Shown here in pieces: positions 46,817 to 57,293 of a stretch of 64,000 nucleotides of DNA (the stretch's first letter is position 1; each line of letters begins with the position of its first letter). The translations under genes and the position numbers were made by a program. The notes beneath the pieces were generated by a model, which saw nothing but the letters and a program-made list of their open reading frames with translations, ran no database searches and was not told the DNA's origin. Origin of the DNA: Polyangiaceae bacterium (GTDB lineage: Bacteria; Myxococcota_A; Polyangia; Polyangiales; Polyangiaceae); the NCBI GenBank assembly GCA_965222375.1, contig CBDCTZ010000016.1, positions 672,001 through 736,000 on the forward strand. The letters run 5' to 3'.

Positions 46817-48490
46817 ATGCGTCGCACGCTTCTCACATTCACGTCCCTATTCGCCATCGCCGCCGCGGCGTGCACCGGCCTGATCGAAGACCCGGGTGCA
46901 ACCAGTGGTCCCGGCTCCGGTTCCCCGACGAACCCCGGCAGCGGCGGGACCACCAGCGTTGTCAACACCGCGTACCCAGCGAGCGGCATTCGCCAGCTGA
47001 CGCGCAGCCAGTACGACAACACTATCAACGACCTTCTCGGCGAAGTCAGCACCAGCCAGACCCTGCCCGATGACCCAAAAAGCAATGAAGAGTTCGAGCT
47101 GCTCAGCGTTTCGGTCACCGAGACCCACCACACGGCACTGGCCATCACTCGCTATGACGCCGCAGCTCGTGACCTGGCGGCGCAGGTCTTCGCGGATACG
47201 ACTCGCCGAGAGAGCGTGGTTGGCTGCGCTCCTGCTGACGCGAAGGACCCTTGCGTGGGCGAATTCATCGAGCGTTTCGGGCGTCGTGCCTTTCGCCGCC
47301 CGCTCAGCGCCGACGAGCGCACGCGCTATCGGAACCTCGTCACCCTCGGGGAGCAGCAAATGGGAAGCCCTTGGGACGGCCTCGAAGCCGCTACGGCAGC
47401 GTTTCTATCGTCACCGTTCTTCCTGTATCGAGACGAAACTGGCGCGCCGGATCCGAAAGACTCCAAGCGCTACTTGCTCGATGATTATGCGTTGGCGACG
47501 CGGTTGTCTTTCCTACTTTGGAACACGACGCCGGACGATGAACTGCTTGCAGCGGCCGAAGCGGGGGAGCTTTCCACGGCTGCGGGCCTCGAAAAGCAGG
47601 CGGACCGCTTGCTGGCGTCCCCCCGCGCCGATGAAGCGCTGGTGGACTTTGCCGAGGAGTGGTTCGGCTTCGATGAGCTCGATGTCGTGAGCAAAGACAA
47701 CTACGTGTTTCCGAACTTCAACTCGGAAGTTGCCAGCGCCATGCGCGGCGAAGCGCGCTTCCTGCTGGGCAAGTACCTCGAGCCGGGGCAAGACTTCCTG
47801 CAGATCTTGACGACCCAAGACGGCTACGTCGAAGCACAGCTCGCGGGCGTCTACGGTTTTGACGGTGTGACCGGCTCGATGCCCGTCGCCATCACGTTCC
47901 CCTCGGACTGGGCGCGGGGCGGCTTGTTGACCACGGGCGCGTTCCTCGCGTCCCAAGCACGCGCCACTCGGACGAGCCCAACGGTGCGCGGTCTGTTCGT
48001 GGCTGAGCGCCTGCTATGTCGGCACATCTCGCCGCCACCTCCGGGCGTGGAGGTGAACCCCCCAGTTGGCACGGGCAACGATGCCGTGACGATGCGCGAA
48101 TGGCTGACCAAGCAGCACGCTAACAAGGAATGCGCGGGCTGCCACGACCAAATGGACCCCCTAGGCCTCGCTTTCGAGCACTTCGACGGCATTGGTCAGT
48201 ATCGCGCTGACGATCAAAGCCTGCCCCTGGACGTCACGGGCACTCTCGATGGCGAGAGCTTCGATGGGGCGCGGGGTCTCGCAGAGGTGCTGCAAGACCA
48301 CCCGGAGACGACCCAGTGCGTGGTTCGCCAGTTCTATCGCCAAGCCCTCGGGCATCACGAATCCGAAGACGAGAAATGGCTCATCGACGAGCTGACCCAG
48401 GGCTTCGTGAGCGACAAGCGGGACTTTCGCAGTCTGGTTCGACGGATCGTTACCAGCGACGCTTTCCGCTTCTCAGGAGGAAATCGCTAA
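46817..48490 (+). CDS. DUF1592-family lipoprotein (DUF1587/1595/1592/1588/1585) with CxxCH
   Basis: RQLTRSQYDNTINDLLG, RAFRRPL, LATRLSFLLW..PD, TSPTVRG, CAGCH..MDPLG. Confidence 0.92.
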   Translation: MRRTLLTFTSLFAIAAAACTGLIEDPGATSGPGSGSPTNPGSGGTTSVVNTAYPASGIRQLTRSQYDNTINDLLGEVSTSQTLPDDPKSNEEFELLSVSVTETHHTALAITRYDAAARDLAAQVFADTTRRESVVGCAPADAKDPCVGEFIERFGRRAFRRPLSADERTRYRNLVTLGEQQMGSPWDGLEAATAAFLSSPFFLYRDETGAPDPKDSKRYLLDDYALATRLSFLLWNTTPDDELLAAAEAGELSTAAGLEKQADRLLASPRADEALVDFAEEWFGFDELDVVSKDNYVFPNFNSEVASAMRGEARFLLGKYLEPGQDFLQILTTQDGYVEAQLAGVYGFDGVTGSMPVAITFPSDWARGGLLTTGAFLASQARATRTSPTVRGLFVAERLLCRHISPPPPGVEVNPPVGTGNDAVTMREWLTKQHANKECAGCHDQMDPLGLAFEHFDGIGQYRADDQSLPLDVTGTLDGESFDGARGLAEVLQDHPETTQCVVRQFYRQALGHHESEDEKWLIDELTQGFVSDKRDFRSLVRRIVTSDAFRFSGGNR

Positions 48491-49875
48491 TGGCCACCAG
48501 CAAACACTCCATCAGCCGCCGAGCCATGCTTCGCGGGATCTTGGGAGGCAGCGCCGTGGCGCTGGCCTTGCCACCCCTGGAAGCCATGTTCAACGCGAAC
48601 GGCGAGGCGTTGGCCAGCGGCGCGCCCATTCCGAAGCGACTGGGGCTCTGGTTCTGGGGCAACGGTGTTCGCCGCAACCACTGGACTCCAGATGGCGAGG
48701 GCACGGTCTGGACGCCCAAGGCGGAAACCGCACCCCTGGCGGCCCTCAACGACAGTGGAAAGAAATGTGTTTCGATCATCGGCGGCTTCGACTGTCCCAT
48801 CGATGGCAGTGCGCACCACAAGGGCCGAGGCCAAGTGCTCACCGGGACCTACGACGCCAACAAGGGCACTTACGGCAACCCCACTGGGCCGAGTATCGAT
48901 CAGATCGCCGCCGAGCACTTTTGGGCGGACGAAGCGACCCGGCCGTTGCACAAGTTCTTGGCAGTTGGGATCTCGCGCCGCGGCAAGGCCAACTCGACTT
49001 CCAATGGCGGCACGTCCCGGGACAGTTCCGGCTCGGGCATCGCGGCGGAGTTTTCACCCAAGGAGCTCTTCAATCGCCTGTTCAGTACCGCTGTCGCGGG
49101 GGATCCTCAGGCGGCGTCTCGCCTCGAATTGCGCAAGAGCATTCTGGACGTCGTGAGCCAGGACACCGAGGCGTTCAGAAAGCGCTTGGGCAAGTACGAC
49201 CAAGGCCGCCTCGACGCGCATCTGTCTTCCATCCGCGAACTAGAGCTCACCCTGGACGGCAGCGTCGCTCAAACCTGTTCGGTGCCGTCCAAGCCCGGCG
49301 ACTTCGGCAAGGACCTGAACCACGAGCCCCTGAAGGAAATCAACGCGGCGATGGCCAAGGTGTTAGCCATGGGCATTGCCTGCGATCTGACTCGCGCCTT
49401 CTCATATCAGTTCACGCAAATGCAGGCCGACACCCTGTTCTGGATGGACCCCATCAACGCCACCGAAGGCGGCCACGTGATGACCCACGATGACCGACCC
49501 GTCCCCAAAAACCAGAAGAAAGATCCGCAGCCCGAGAAGACCCACAAATCCGTGGTCTACCAGATGGAGTGCTTCGCGACTCTGCTTCAAGAGCTGAAGA
49601 ACATTCCTGAAGGCGCCAGCAACGTGCTCGACAACTGCCTGATCTACGGAACCTCCGAAGTCGCCGAAGGCACCAGCCATTCGACCAAGGACATGCCCAT
49701 CGTGTTGGCCGGCACCGCGGGCGGCGTGGTCAAGTCGGGCCTGCACTACCGCGCCGGCGGCCAGAACATCGCGAAGCTACTGCTCACCTGCGTGCGCGCC
49801 GTCGGCGTCAACAAGAGCAGCCTCGGCTCGGGCCAAACGCAGACTACGGAAAGCGTCAAGGACCTGCTGGTGTGA
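48490..49875 (+). CDS. DUF1552-family Tat-exported protein
   Basis: SRRAMLRG; LPPLEAM; SIDQ; SILD; LACDLTR-like; translational coupling (TAATG). Confidence 0.92.
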   Translation: MATSKHSISRRAMLRGILGGSAVALALPPLEAMFNANGEALASGAPIPKRLGLWFWGNGVRRNHWTPDGEGTVWTPKAETAPLAALNDSGKKCVSIIGGFDCPIDGSAHHKGRGQVLTGTYDANKGTYGNPTGPSIDQIAAEHFWADEATRPLHKFLAVGISRRGKANSTSNGGTSRDSSGSGIAAEFSPKELFNRLFSTAVAGDPQAASRLELRKSILDVVSQDTEAFRKRLGKYDQGRLDAHLSSIRELELTLDGSVAQTCSVPSKPGDFGKDLNHEPLKEINAAMAKVLAMGIACDLTRAFSYQFTQMQADTLFWMDPINATEGGHVMTHDDRPVPKNQKKDPQPEKTHKSVVYQMECFATLLQELKNIPEGASNVLDNCLIYGTSEVAEGTSHSTKDMPIVLAGTAGGVVKSGLHYRAGGQNIAKLLLTCVRAVGVNKSSLGSGQTQTTESVKDLLV

Positions 49876-50629
49876 TGCGCATCCCGACGCGATTGAGTCC
49901 TTTGGTTTGGGGTCGAGCGCTGTCTCACACTGGTGCCGTAATCTTGGCCCACCGCTCTGGGGATGTGCGCTTCGACACGAGCCCGTGACGTGCCCTCTAC
50001 GTGCTCGCCGACCGCGGTCTTCCCAGCCTTCGATCGGTATTTCGGGTGGGCCGGCGGCGCCCCCAATCCAAGGGTAATTTGACGCGATTCTGGATGGTTA
50101 GCGGCAAGATGGGCCCTCGTCCGAAAGGCGACGGGCCGTGAGATTGTAAAGGTTGGCGTTTCGGCAGCAAATGCTTCCGGAGGAACGAAGGCCTGCGTCA
50201 AAAGGCTTCGACGCAACAAGCCCGCTTGCTCCCGACGCCAAGGAAGAACGAACTGCGAATTCCCGGAAGCGCCGAAGTAGGCCGGCAGGCTGGTATCTTG
50301 CGACGGCGCCGTTCGAGGCGGTCAGCTTGCGATGGTGGGTCCAGTTGGCGGAGATCCGCGAGGGAAGCGGGGCACCGGCTGGCGCACGGCGCAAAGGCTT
50401 GCCTGAGCTGCCCGCTGGAGCGCTCAGGCACTCGCAAACGGCAAGTCGAGCTGCCCGAATGCCTCAGCGGCCGCCAATACTCTGCCGCTCTTCGGTTCGA
50501 GCCAGACATCCTGGCGAAGACAAGTCCAGCGAAGCGCTTCGGAGTTGAGACCGTAGAAGCCCACCACTTCCGAAGCGCACACTTTGTAGATGGACCAAAC
50601 CAGGTCCTCACTCCTTGCCCGCGTTGCTC

Positions 50630-50840
50630 CAGTGCACCCAGAATCACCGGTTTTCTGGCTTGGGCTATTTTGTCAACGATTTCCTCGATCAGCTCCGGGT
50701 CGCCGCTTGGTCGGGTCGGCGGGGCTTCGTCCGGCACGAAGGTCTGGCACCACAAACACCAACGCTTCAACTGCAGCCTGCAATGCGGTGGTCGCGCCGT
50801 ATCGAAACGCTACGTCGATCGTCGATTCGGATGGAGCTCG
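50630..50840 (-). pseudogene. Possible degraded thiamine-pyrophosphate enzyme fragment
   Basis: DPELIEEIVDKIAQARKPVILG resembles the TPP-enzyme central domain start; adjacent frame IDVAFRYGATT; frameshifted. Confidence 0.3.
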
Positions 50841-50902
50841 CAACTGCTGAATCTACGATGAGCACTGGTTGATGCGGTGGCCCGGCTGGCGGGCGATAGC
50901 GA

Positions 50903-51712
50903 TCAGCTACCCACGGCCCAATTGAACGCGAAGCTGAGGAAGGTTGCCCGGCCCTCGACTGCGGGTGAGCCACAGTAGGTGGTGCCGGCGAGCCAGATCT
51001 GCCCGCCGCCGTTCTTGGCGCTGGGTCCCGAAGTATTAGCGATTTCGAAGTGCAAACCGAGGTCCACGGCAGTCGCCTTGATCGTCCAGTTGGTTAGTGG
51101 CTGCGCCTCCACCGGTTCTCCCGAGTTCGAGGTGCCGGAGTAGCTCAGCTCCTGGTGGGAGAAGCCAAACGTGGGAATCAAGCTGCAAGACTGTCCCGCC
51201 TTGAGCTGGTTGAAGCGCACCCAGACGTAGGCAATCCCGGTGCTCGAACACCAAGTTTCCCACTGTCCACCGCTGGTGCTTGCGAGGGAGCACTGCGACG
51301 GATAGTTGGGGTGAAGAGAGCCAACCTGTGGTGGCGCCTGACACGCAGCAAACGCCTCAGTGCCGGTGAAGCTCCCGGACCCACACCTGGTGGTGCCCGC
51401 CTTGGGCATGGGCGAGGCAATGCCCGCCACACCCGCGGCACCGCCACCGCCCGCGCTGCCTCCGGTCCCGCCGGTGCTGCCTCCAGTCCCCCCGCCGGAC
51501 GTGGAGCCAGCACCGCCTCCTGACCCGCCCGAACCGGCGGTTGCGCCCATCCCGCCGGTGCCCGCTCCTGCCCCCGCTCCGCCGGCGCCGGCCTTGGCGC
51601 CAGTTCCACCGGCGCCGCCTCCCGGCGTCGATCCGCCGCTGTCGGTGCTACCGCAACCCGCGGCGATCACCAAGACCGGGAAACAGCCTAATGCTCTCAT
51701 TAATGTTCTCAT
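50903..51712 (-). CDS. Gly-rich lipoprotein
   Basis: AAGC lipobox; long Gly linker; Cys-containing C-terminal domain. Confidence 0.82.
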   Translation of the reverse strand: MRTLMRALGCFPVLVIAAGCGSTDSGGSTPGGGAGGTGAKAGAGGAGAGAGTGGMGATAGSGGSGGGAGSTSGGGTGGSTGGTGGSAGGGGAAGVAGIASPMPKAGTTRCGSGSFTGTEAFAACQAPPQVGSLHPNYPSQCSLASTSGGQWETWCSSTGIAYVWVRFNQLKAGQSCSLIPTFGFSHQELSYSGTSNSGEPVEAQPLTNWTIKATAVDLGLHFEIANTSGPSAKNGGGQIWLAGTTYCGSPAVEGRATFLSFAFNWAVGS

Positions 51713-52057
51713 CGCCGACTTGGTTGCGCCCTGCAAGCCCTAAGTTCAAACAAACGCTGCCTTCTGTGTCCGTCACGGGGCAGGCGCCGTTGCGCTGCTT
51801 TGCGGAAGCTGTTCCCGGTTCCAACGCCCTGTTGCTCAAAGGAGGCTTGGCTTCGAGACGAGCTCAGCACGATCGCCAAGGGCGACTCGGTCGAAAGGGG
51901 CGCGGTACTCCATTCGTTCATCCTTCGGATCTTGGGACCCACAAACTTCGTAAGGTGCGACTCCGGCGTACCACCGCCAGCATCGAGGGTACCAGTTGCG
52001 CCAACTGATGAGTTTGCCGACCGATTGGCTCGCGGCATGACCAACCGAGAAATCGTG

Positions 52058-52150
52058 GAAGCTTGGCCAGTGCTCGGCTACGGTCTGGTAGAGCGCCGTC
52101 TCTTCCGGTCCTTGGTGGCTGGCTTCGCGCCGCGCCCGCGTACAGACCAC
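52058..52150 (-). mobile_element. IS91-family transposase N-terminal remnant
   Basis: PEETALYQTVAEHWPSF resembles the conserved R.PE.T.LY..V..H...F N-terminus; nothing else of the transposase follows. Confidence 0.5.
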
Positions 52151-52154
52151 CCGA

Positions 52155-53417
52155 TCAGTAGCAATCCACCCGCGTCAAATGCACGGAGCAGTGCGCGGCG
52201 GAGAGCGCCGTCCAGGCGACCACAAGTCCTTCGCCACTCGGCGTGCCTTGCACGGCGGTCACCTGCGGGTAGCCGTCCGTCTGGATTGTGCGGCGGGCCG
52301 CAAGCGTCAGATCCGGGTCGAATACCGACACTTCGATGGTCTGGAAATCGAGTCGGTACGCCAGCACGAGCTGGTCGCCGACCGCACCAATGTTGACGCC
52401 ATTGTCTGTTCCCTCGACCAAAGTCACCGGCCCGGTGACGGCGAGGGTGGTGGCGTCGACGCGCAGCGCTCGAGTCACCAAGCCATCGGGAACGGACGTC
52501 CACACGGCGTAGACCCCGTCGGGATGCGGAGCTGCAGCCACGTCCAAGATCGGCGAGCCGTCGGTCGTGGTGGCCAACGTGGTGTGCGTACCCGAGGGTT
52601 GCACGCGAAGCACATCGACTGTGTTGGAGGTCGGTCCCGGTGAGGATGGGCAGTCTTCGAAAGTATTGTGCCGAGACGCGACGACCAAGAACCCATCATC
52701 GAACACGACCGCATCGGCGCGCGGTGGTTGCCCAGCCGAGCAGCCGAAAGAGTCGCCCTCGCTGAACCCGCCTGCCGCGTCGACGATGAAGCCACGAAGC
52801 AACTGGGTTCCGGCGCTCGTGTCGAAGGAGCCAACCAGATGCGACGTGCCTGCTCGGTCAAGCGTAATGAACACCGGTTCGATACCTGGAAGCCCGATTG
52901 GCGCGCCAACAGTTCCCACACCGACTGCGTCCAAGCCTTGGTAGAACTGCGGGCCGTCTACATCGCGGACCGCGAGCGCGAAACGGCTGCCTTGAGCGCG
53001 CCCTACGGCGTGCGTGGAATCGGTCTCGATCCCCGAGGCGTGCACGGGCGTGAGCTTGCCGTCTATCGGCCAGTCTTCCCACGGTCGCAATGTGGCGTGT
53101 CGAACCTGAAACTCGTTCCCAGTGATTCCCAACCACGCCGCGGTGAACTGAAGGCCATCTCCGCTGGTTGACGTCAGGCGGGCGTTGTCTTCCAGCGGCT
53201 GCGCTTCCGGTCCGAGCGTTGGAATCACCACCCGGAGTTGCTGACAAGGTGAGGCGGCCACACTGCCACCAGTTGACGGGGTGCCGCCAGTCGACGGGGT
53301 GCCGCCAGTCGACGGGGCGCCGCCCGAACTCGTGCTTCCGGCCAACAACTCCGACCGAGAGCCACAACCCAGCGCGCCGCACACCAGCGCCACGCAGAAA
53401 AACAGCCAGCGTTGCAA
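52155..53417 (-). CDS. Lipoprotein (CGSRS), paralog of 53909-55309
   Basis: ALGC lipobox; PSTGGT repeats; start set at TTG 53417 (uncertain). Confidence 0.8.
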   Translation of the reverse strand: MQRWLFFCVALVCGALGCGSRSELLAGSTSSGGAPSTGGTPSTGGTPSTGGSVAASPCQQLRVVIPTLGPEAQPLEDNARLTSTSGDGLQFTAAWLGITGNEFQVRHATLRPWEDWPIDGKLTPVHASGIETDSTHAVGRAQGSRFALAVRDVDGPQFYQGLDAVGVGTVGAPIGLPGIEPVFITLDRAGTSHLVGSFDTSAGTQLLRGFIVDAAGGFSEGDSFGCSAGQPPRADAVVFDDGFLVVASRHNTFEDCPSSPGPTSNTVDVLRVQPSGTHTTLATTTDGSPILDVAAAPHPDGVYAVWTSVPDGLVTRALRVDATTLAVTGPVTLVEGTDNGVNIGAVGDQLVLAYRLDFQTIEVSVFDPDLTLAARRTIQTDGYPQVTAVQGTPSGEGLVVAWTALSAAHCSVHLTRVDCY

Positions 53418-53878
53418 TGGAGTCAGCCCTCGGAGGATTCGCTCGGGTCGGTCATCGGTGGGATCCCACTTGGCGTTGCCTCTGCTGAGCCTTGCGGTCA
53501 ACTGAGCGAGACGGGGCGTTGGGCACGGCACCTGCGCGTCCTGTAATCTTCTGAGACTACGCGATTTGAGGACGCCCGGAGTGGCGTGAGGTGAGGGCGC
53601 GTTGTATGCAGCGTCGCTTTCGGGAGCTCGGGGCGACGGCAATGACCCAAGTCAATCCGTTCCAGTTGGGTGGAGTGCGTGGGTGCTATTGCTGTCTTTG
53701 CGTTGCGGCGTGTGCGAAGTCCTATGACCGCCAAAAGAGCGAGATTGCCGGACCGCTGGGCGCAGGCTGCGGCATGTGAGTGGGCGCCGCGCCCGGCGCG
53801 GTTGACACGAGCGCCGGGGTTTGGCACAGGTGAGCAGTGGCGATTCGCGCGTTTAGCGATTTTGTCGTGGCCTTCGCG

Positions 53879-53894
53879 CGGCACGGGTCTTGCT
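53879..53894 (+). promoter_or_regulatory. Possible sigma54 -24/-12 promoter
   Basis: CGGCACGGGTCTTGCT, GG-N10-GC spacing, 15 bp before ATG 53909. Confidence 0.4.
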
Positions 53895-53908
53895 TTTGCG
53901 GACGTGCG

Positions 53909-55309
53909 ATGCGCTGGCCGATCGCTTTATTCGCTGTGTTGGTTGTTGGCTGTGGCTCCCGCTCCGGGATGCTGCTCGGCGGAACGTCTTCCGGGGGCGG
54001 TGCCGGAGTCGGCGCGGTGAGCGGCGGCGGCGGCAGTGGTGGGACGAGTGGTTCTGGCGGCTTCAGTGGCGGTGGGACCGGAGGCGGCAGTGGTGGTGTG
54101 GTCGGGTTCTGTCAGGGCTTCGACCTCACCGGCAAGCCCATCGCCTTCGAGCCTTTTCAGGGAGGGCAGCAGCGAGCGCCCAGCCTCTCGGCGGTGGCTG
54201 GTGAGCCGAGTCAAGTAGCCGTGGGGGCAGCCGAGCTCGCGCCGGAGCTTCCGGGGCCGACGCCCGTGCACAACCTGCGGCTCACGTCTGTTTCGCCTTG
54301 GAGCAATTGGCCGAGCAATCTGGGCACTGGAGCGCTGGCCAACTTCGTGGTCGGTGTCGACCAGTACGCGATGGACGCGGGAACGGCGCCAGGCACCCTG
54401 GCAATGGCGTGGCCGGCGACTCCAGCGCCGCCGGCAGCGGAGCCGCAGGGGCTGTTCTTCAGTAGCGAAGTATCTCCATTGAATGGCGTACCGACGACCG
54501 TCGAGTTGCTGACGCTGGAGGGGCCGCCCGGCCATGTGGCGCGCTTCGTTCGTTCCGGGTCATCCGGGCAGCTGGTGGGATTCCAGACCATCTCGGGCCA
54601 ATACGCGTTGCATCTGGCTTTCGCTAATGTCGGCAAGACATCGCTCGCCTCGCACGTCGGCTGTGCCACCACGCCGCTTTTCGGCGACGCGGTTCCCAAA
54701 GCCGGCGGCGGGTATCTACTTGCCTACAGCTCGGGACGTCAGGGAGGCACCTGTCTCGATGACTTCGGCTTCGACGGTCCGGCGGACCGCATCGAGGGAG
54801 GCTTCATCGCCGGACCGGAGAGCATCACGGCGCCGCTGCCGGTTGTCATCGAAAACAAGGGTGACGTGGTCGAGTTCGTGCGGATGATCCCGGCACCGGG
54901 GGGAGCGTGGCTGGTCTACCGTTACGCGGGCCTCGATACGGATCCCAAACCGGCGCCGAGGGTGCAGCGGCTAGATAGCAACGGGCTGCCGCACGACAAC
55001 CCGTTTCCCATCCTTTACGCCGGAGTTTCGGGCACACCGGCGGTGGCGAGCCTGGGGGAACGGATTGCGGTGGCGATCGCTGATGCCGCCGATCCGTTCG
55101 GGGTGACGATCGACCTGCGGATCTACGACGGGACCGGCGCGGAGCTCTCTCAGCGCGTGTTTCAAACGGCGGGTTCGTTTGCGGATGGGCGTGTGGCGTT
55201 GATGGCGTCACCGAGTCAGGACCAACTGCTGTTGGGGTGGTCGGCGGCGTCAGTGAACGGCGGCGATCTGTTGGCGTCCGTTGCTCGCTTTTGCGTTCCC
55301 GGCCCGTGA
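53909..55309 (+). CDS. Lipoprotein (CGSRS) with Gly linker and beta-rich domain
   Basis: MRWPIALFAVLVVGC lipobox. Confidence 0.85.
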   Translation: MRWPIALFAVLVVGCGSRSGMLLGGTSSGGGAGVGAVSGGGGSGGTSGSGGFSGGGTGGGSGGVVGFCQGFDLTGKPIAFEPFQGGQQRAPSLSAVAGEPSQVAVGAAELAPELPGPTPVHNLRLTSVSPWSNWPSNLGTGALANFVVGVDQYAMDAGTAPGTLAMAWPATPAPPAAEPQGLFFSSEVSPLNGVPTTVELLTLEGPPGHVARFVRSGSSGQLVGFQTISGQYALHLAFANVGKTSLASHVGCATTPLFGDAVPKAGGGYLLAYSSGRQGGTCLDDFGFDGPADRIEGGFIAGPESITAPLPVVIENKGDVVEFVRMIPAPGGAWLVYRYAGLDTDPKPAPRVQRLDSNGLPHDNPFPILYAGVSGTPAVASLGERIAVAIADAADPFGVTIDLRIYDGTGAELSQRVFQTAGSFADGRVALMASPSQDQLLLGWSAASVNGGDLLASVARFCVPGP

Positions 55310-55867
55310 TGCGCGCGTGATAGCCTCGGGGGTCGGTTCCCCCGGTGTCGACTCCATAGTGGCCGTTGGGCGGGACAATCCAGGAGCAACCCACCGCGGT
55401 CGCGACAAGCTCGAATCGCCTCGACGTGTTGGCCGCTGGACGAGAGCGACAGCGAATTGTTGGTATGAGTCATGTCGACAGCTGTGCTTTGGCGCCGGTC
55501 TCGCAAGTACCTGATGCATCGCCGACGAGCCCGCTGATTGGTTTTGGTTTTTGGGGTCGACGCGCTTAGTGACACCCGAAGAGGTGAGCGCTGCCTGGCA
55601 TTAGTGCCCTAGTCTCGCTTTTCTGGTCCCTGGCGCACACGCATGGGGATGCGCGGGAGTAGCGCCCTAGCGACGCCCCAGCGCTCGACCCCCAAACCCC
55701 CAGAAAAGGTCCAGCGTAGGTCTGACAACCGTGGTCGACCGTCCCGCTTCCTGGCTCGAGTTTCAGCGCCAAAAAACGCGAGCCGCATGAGCAGGTGCGG
55801 AGATCCGACACCAAGTACCCGAGACGCGCTTGACGACCCCCCTCCGGAGACGAATTGTAGGTCCCGC

Positions 55868-56386
55868 ATGCTCAAGCGCTTGGTGCTCGGTTTGGTCAAA
55901 GGTGGCCTCGTGGGGGGCGCCTTGGCCATGCTGATGATTCACGGATTCGGCCTGAACGCCTTCGGCGCGATCTTGGCTTACATCCTTGCCATCGTTGCCG
56001 GCGTGCTGACCGGTCTCGTCGCTGGCCGACCGATTTGGGCCAAAGACGCGCGCATCGAAGCGGGCCTCAAAGCCTTCGCGGGCGCCATCGTCGGCGCGGG
56101 TCTGATGTGGGCATTGCGAAGCTGGGTTAACGTTTCTTTAGACTTTGGCGCCTACGGCAACGGCGTCGTCGGGGAGCTGCCCATCGTGGCCCTACCCACG
56201 GTGGCCACGATCCTCGCGCTGTTCTACGAAGTCGACAATTCTGGTGCCGAGCCCGAAGCCGCCGCGCCCAAGTCCGAGGAGCCGAAGAAGGCGCGCGTCG
56301 GTGATCTGGCTTCCGCCGACAAAGCTCTGGTCGACGATCTGCTCGAAGAAGAAGCGTCGGACGAGCGCGCTCGTCGCACGAGGTAA
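55868..56386 (+). CDS. Hypothetical membrane protein (~4 TM)
   Basis: MLKRLVLGLVKGG...GRPIW...FYEVDN. Confidence 0.82.
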   Translation: MLKRLVLGLVKGGLVGGALAMLMIHGFGLNAFGAILAYILAIVAGVLTGLVAGRPIWAKDARIEAGLKAFAGAIVGAGLMWALRSWVNVSLDFGAYGNGVVGELPIVALPTVATILALFYEVDNSGAEPEAAAPKSEEPKKARVGDLASADKALVDDLLEEEASDERARRTR

Positions 56387-56393
56387 GCCCGGC

Positions 56394-57293
56394 GTGCCCC
56401 CCGCGCGCATCGTGTTGTGGTTGGCGAGCTTGGCCGGCATTGCACTACTGGTGCGGTCCCTCTGGTTCGAGCCGGTGCCCATGGGGATCGCCGTGAGCGC
56501 CATGACCGCCTACTTGGTGCTTTGTGTTCTCGGGGTGATCTTTCCCTGGCTGGAGATGTTTGGCGACGCAGTGAGCAAGGCGGAGCCGGGGCCGCGACTC
56601 GTTGCTCTGACCTTTGACGATGGCCCCTTTCCCCCGACTACCCGTGAAGTGCTGTCGCATCTGTCCGAAGCGGGTCACAAGGCCACATTCTTCGTGCTTG
56701 CCGCCAAAGCGAAGAGATTCCCGGAGTTGATCAAGGAGATCCACGAAGCGGGGCACGAAATCGCGCTGCACGGCTTCCGTCACGACCGATTGTACGCCTG
56801 GCGCACGCCGAAACAGGTGCAGGAAGACATAGCCCAGTGCGTGGCTGTGCTGGAGCCGCTGACTGAGACCAAACCGCGTTGGTTCCGACCGCCCATGGGC
56901 ATGGTGAGTCCGCGTACTGCCGCCGGCGCGCGCAAGGCCGGCGTTGAAATCGCTGCGTGGAGTGTGCGCGCCTACGATGGTTTCGAAACTTCGGACCCGG
57001 ACCGCGTTCGCAATCGGATCGAGTCCGGGCTCCGGGACGGCGCGATCATATTGATGCACGACGCCGCCGAGCACGACGACTTCGAACCCGTGAGCGTCAA
57101 AGTGCTACCCGACGTGCTGAAAGCGCTGGCGGCGCGGGGACTGCGCAGCGTCACCCTGAGCGAGCTATTCGGTGGCGAAGCGGAGGCGGAAGAAGCACCG
57201 GCGAGCGCGGAGGAAGAGTCGGACTCGGCGGACTCCGAAGATGACGCTCACTTGGACGGTAATTCGATCACGAATCGCGCGCCGCCGTCGTGA
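56394..57293 (+). CDS. Polysaccharide deacetylase (NodB/CE4) with N-terminal TM
   Basis: ALTFDDGP, ATFF, HEIALHGFRH, FRPPMG, IILMHD; start GTG 56394. Confidence 0.92.
   Translation: MPPARIVLWLASLAGIALLVRSLWFEPVPMGIAVSAMTAYLVLCVLGVIFPWLEMFGDAVSKAEPGPRLVALTFDDGPFPPTTREVLSHLSEAGHKATFFVLAAKAKRFPELIKEIHEAGHEIALHGFRHDRLYAWRTPKQVQEDIAQCVAVLEPLTETKPRWFRPPMGMVSPRTAAGARKAGVEIAAWSVRAYDGFETSDPDRVRNRIESGLRDGAIILMHDAAEHDDFEPVSVKVLPDVLKALAARGLRSVTLSELFGGEAEAEEAPASAEEESDSADSEDDAHLDGNSITNRAPPS

Noticed and set aside
57248..57293. 46-bp convergent overlap of deacetylase and kinase as a regulatory device
   Set aside because: Short tail-to-tail overlaps are common in GC-rich genomes; no further evidence.
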